Part shown: positions 61,436 to 64,000 of the stretch, in pieces
Layout of the letters: the number at the start of each line of letters is the position of its first letter
Numbering within the stretch: the stretch's first letter is position 1
NCBI GenBank assembly: GCA_965219955.1
Contig: OZ244799.1
Coordinates: 256,001-320,000 of the forward strand
Direction of reading: 5' to 3'
Source: a bacterium
Lineage (GTDB): Bacteria; UBA8248
Length of the DNA: 64,000 nt
The notes under the pieces: model-generated
Database searches by the model: none
What the model saw: the letters and a program-made list of their open reading frames with translations, nothing else
Told to the model about the DNA's origin: nothing
Program-made: the position numbers and the translations under genes

Positions 61436-62713
61436 ATGAATAATCAAGATTTATTGAGTTCGGATGTCCGGGTTGTCGTTACGGGACTCGGCCTGCTAAC
61501 GCCGCTGGGCTTGTCGGTAGAGGAAAACTGGGAAGCCTTGATGCAGGGCCGCTCCGGCATCGGTAAAGTTTCCCGGTTTTGTCCGGATCGCCTGACGTCT
61601 CGCATCTGCGGCGAAGTAAAAGGTTTTGAACCTGAGAATTATGTTTCCCGCAAAGAACTCAAGAAAATGGATACTTTCATCCAGTACGTTCTTGCGGCCT
61701 CTCAAATGGCCTTCGATGATGCCGACCTGGAAGTTCCCGACGCGGAAATGGCGCCGCGGTACGGCACCATCATCGGCGTGGGTTTGGGCGGTTTACCTGC
61801 CATAGAAGCCAACAAGGAATTATTGCTAACCAGAGAGCCGACGCGCATCAGTCCCTTCTTCATCCCCATGTTGTTGGGAAACTTGGCCGCCGGGCAGGTT
61901 TCGATGCGCTGGGGACTAAAGGGGCCGAACATTTGCACCACCACTGCGTGCGCATCCGGGAATCACGCTATCGGAGACGCGATGAAGTGTATTCAGCGCG
62001 GCCTGGTGGATGTCATGGTGGCCGGTGGCAGCGAGTCTTGTATCACGGAGTTGGCCATGGCGGGATTTTGCGCGATGCGAGCGCTCAGCACTCGTAACGA
62101 TGACCCCGAGAGCGCGAGTCGTCCCTTTGATACGGACAGGGACGGATTCGTGATGGCGGAGGGGGCAGGCGTGATGATCCTGGAGCGTTATGAACACGCT
62201 GTAGCGCGCGGTGCGAATATTTACGCCGAACTCGGCGGCTACGGACTCACTTCCGACGCCCACCACATCACCTCCCCGGACCCGGGTGGTGACGGGGCGG
62301 CCCGCTGCATGGACATGGCGCTCAATGACGCAAGACTAGAGCCTGAGGATGTGGATTACATCAACGCGCATGGCACATCCACCGGTGCGGGAGATAGACT
62401 CGAAACGACAGCCATCAAAAGAACTTTTGGCAATCATGCCTACAATCTGAGTGTAAGTTCCACAAAATCTATGACCGGGCATCTTCTGGGTGCGGCGGGA
62501 GGCGTGGAATCGGTTTTCACTATCTTGGCGCTTAAGAATCAGTGCATTCCACCTACGATCAATTTAGATACGCCGGATTCGGAATGCGATCTCGACTATG
62601 TGCCCAATTCTGCCCGGAAAGCGGACATCGACTGTGCCATCACAAACTCGTTCGGGTTCGGGGGAACCAACGCTTCGCTGTTATTCAAGAGAGCAGAAAA
62701 CAACGCAGCTTAA
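61436..62713 (+). CDS. fabF: 3-oxoacyl-ACP synthase II
   Basis: TACASG, NAHGTST, KSMTGH, NSFGFGGTN. Confidence 0.97.
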   Translation: MNNQDLLSSDVRVVVTGLGLLTPLGLSVEENWEALMQGRSGIGKVSRFCPDRLTSRICGEVKGFEPENYVSRKELKKMDTFIQYVLAASQMAFDDADLEVPDAEMAPRYGTIIGVGLGGLPAIEANKELLLTREPTRISPFFIPMLLGNLAAGQVSMRWGLKGPNICTTTACASGNHAIGDAMKCIQRGLVDVMVAGGSESCITELAMAGFCAMRALSTRNDDPESASRPFDTDRDGFVMAEGAGVMILERYEHAVARGANIYAELGGYGLTSDAHHITSPDPGGDGAARCMDMALNDARLEPEDVDYINAHGTSTGAGDRLETTAIKRTFGNHAYNLSVSSTKSMTGHLLGAAGGVESVFTILALKNQCIPPTINLDTPDSECDLDYVPNSARKADIDCAITNSFGFGGTNASLLFKRAENNAA

Positions 62714-62771
62714 AAAAAGAGGTTCTGCCAACGACAGAAACGGGAAACTCTCCGGTTTCGGCGCCAGGGGT

Positions 62772-63455
62772 GTGACCCTGGGTGAAATCGAAACTCAAGT
62801 CGGCTATTCGTTTTCGAATAAGGAACTCCTCGTTCGAGCCCTCACGCACCGCTCTTTTTCTCAGGAAAGTTCAACCCCCACTTCAGACAATGAACGGCTT
62901 GAATTTTTAGGTGATGCTGTTTTGCAACTCATCGTGACGGAAAAACTATGGAAAGATTTTCCGGCGGACGATGAGGGTGTTCTGACTCATATGCGCTCAG
63001 AACGGGTGAATGGCCGCACTTTGGCGGGAGTTTTTAAGCGCCGTGGACTGGGAAACTACATTCGTCTGGGTAAAGGGGAAGAAAAAACGGGCGGTCGGCA
63101 AAAACCTTCCATCCAGGCGGGAGCAGTTGAGGCGCTGGTCGGCGCGATATATCTCGATGCCGGTTACGCCCGTTGTACGCAATGGGCGCAATCATGGTTC
63201 TGGGCTGCAGGTCTGAATGAGCAAGATGTCCTGTCGCAGGATTTCAAAAGCCAGCTTCAGCGGTTGGCTCAAAAAAATGGCAATAAACCACCTGGTTATC
63301 GTCTGGTTCGGGAGAGTGGTCCTGAGCACGAAAAAAAATTCGAGGTTGAAGTTCGCCTCGGCCGTAAGGTCATGGGACGTGGGCAAGGCACGACCAAAAA
63401 AGCGGCTGAGCAGGTAGCGGCGAAAGAAGCCGTTTACAGGATCGGAGAAGCCTAG
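62772..63455 (+). CDS. rnc: Ribonuclease III (start uncertain)
   Basis: ALTHRS, NERLEFLGDAVL, C-terminal dsRBD. Confidence 0.96.
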   Translation: MTLGEIETQVGYSFSNKELLVRALTHRSFSQESSTPTSDNERLEFLGDAVLQLIVTEKLWKDFPADDEGVLTHMRSERVNGRTLAGVFKRRGLGNYIRLGKGEEKTGGRQKPSIQAGAVEALVGAIYLDAGYARCTQWAQSWFWAAGLNEQDVLSQDFKSQLQRLAQKNGNKPPGYRLVRESGPEHEKKFEVEVRLGRKVMGRGQGTTKKAAEQVAAKEAVYRIGEA

Positions 63456-63593
63456 CGGCAACGAGTTCTTGGAATGTAATATTTTGCTTTACGGATACCG
63501 GGGAATTCTGATAAGTTATTGATTCCTACCGCCCTGGTAGTGTCTTATACCGCCCCCTGAAAATGAAGTTCATCCGCCCGCCGAGGTGTTGAA

Positions 63594-64000
63594 TTGCGAT
63601 TCCAACGCTTGGAGATGCAGGGGTTTAAGTCCTTCGTCGAAAAAACCGTGATTGAAATAGGCGAGGGCCTTACGGCTGTGGTCGGACCCAACGGATGCGG
63701 CAAGAGCAATGTTTGCGATGCCGTTCGGTGGGTTCTGGGCGAACAGGCTCCCAAAAATATGCGCTCGAAGAAGATGGAGGATGTTATCTTCAACGGCAGC
63801 GCCGAGCGCAAGCAACTCGGGATGTCCGAGGTCTCGCTCACCATTACCGATCTCAAAGGCGTGGTGACCTCTCCCGCATTCAAGGATTTTGACGAGGTAG
63901 TGGTTACCCGCCGGTTGTACCGCTCCGGGGAGAGTGAATATCTCATCAATCGCAATCCTTGCCGCCTCAAAGACATCGTCGACTTGTTTCTGGATACCGG
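63594..64000 (+). CDS. smc: Chromosome segregation protein SMC, N-terminal part (runs off window)
   Basis: Manual translation GFKSF..VVGPNGCGKSNVCDAVRWVLGEQ..MEDVIFNGS. Confidence 0.95.
   Translation, partial: MRFQRLEMQGFKSFVEKTVIEIGEGLTAVVGPNGCGKSNVCDAVRWVLGEQAPKNMRSKKMEDVIFNGSAERKQLGMSEVSLTITDLKGVVTSPAFKDFDEVVVTRRLYRSGESEYLINRNPCRLKDIVDLFLDT

Overview
High-GC bacterial chromosome segment; the lineage cannot be fixed from sequence alone, but gene order and protein style look deltaproteobacterial/Nitrospinota-like (inference). (1) 1-15.9 kb: end of tuf plus a complete S10-spc-alpha ribosomal superoperon. (2) 15.9-46.4 kb: metabolic genes, including a Na+-translocating acyl-CoA decarboxylase operon, interleaved with four intact IS elements (two IS256, one IS1380, one IS1182) and dense nested repeats. 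The repeats include MITE-like elements that share ends with the IS1182, a 165-bp hairpin-ended palindrome, and GTAG/CGTC REP doublets. A ~6 kb island is bounded by a diverged duplicate of the cinA 3' end and carries an AbiEi antitoxin with a truncated toxin. (3) 46.6-53.4 kb: an intact, tail-only phage-like module with the tape measure gene last, a candidate domesticated tailocin/GTA part. (4) 53.7-64 kb: core genes (M23 peptidase, yceD-rpmF-plsX-fabH-fabD-acpP-fabF-rnc-smc, with no fabG). No tRNA, rRNA or CRISPR array was seen. Product calls rest on motif recognition by eye; no database search was run.
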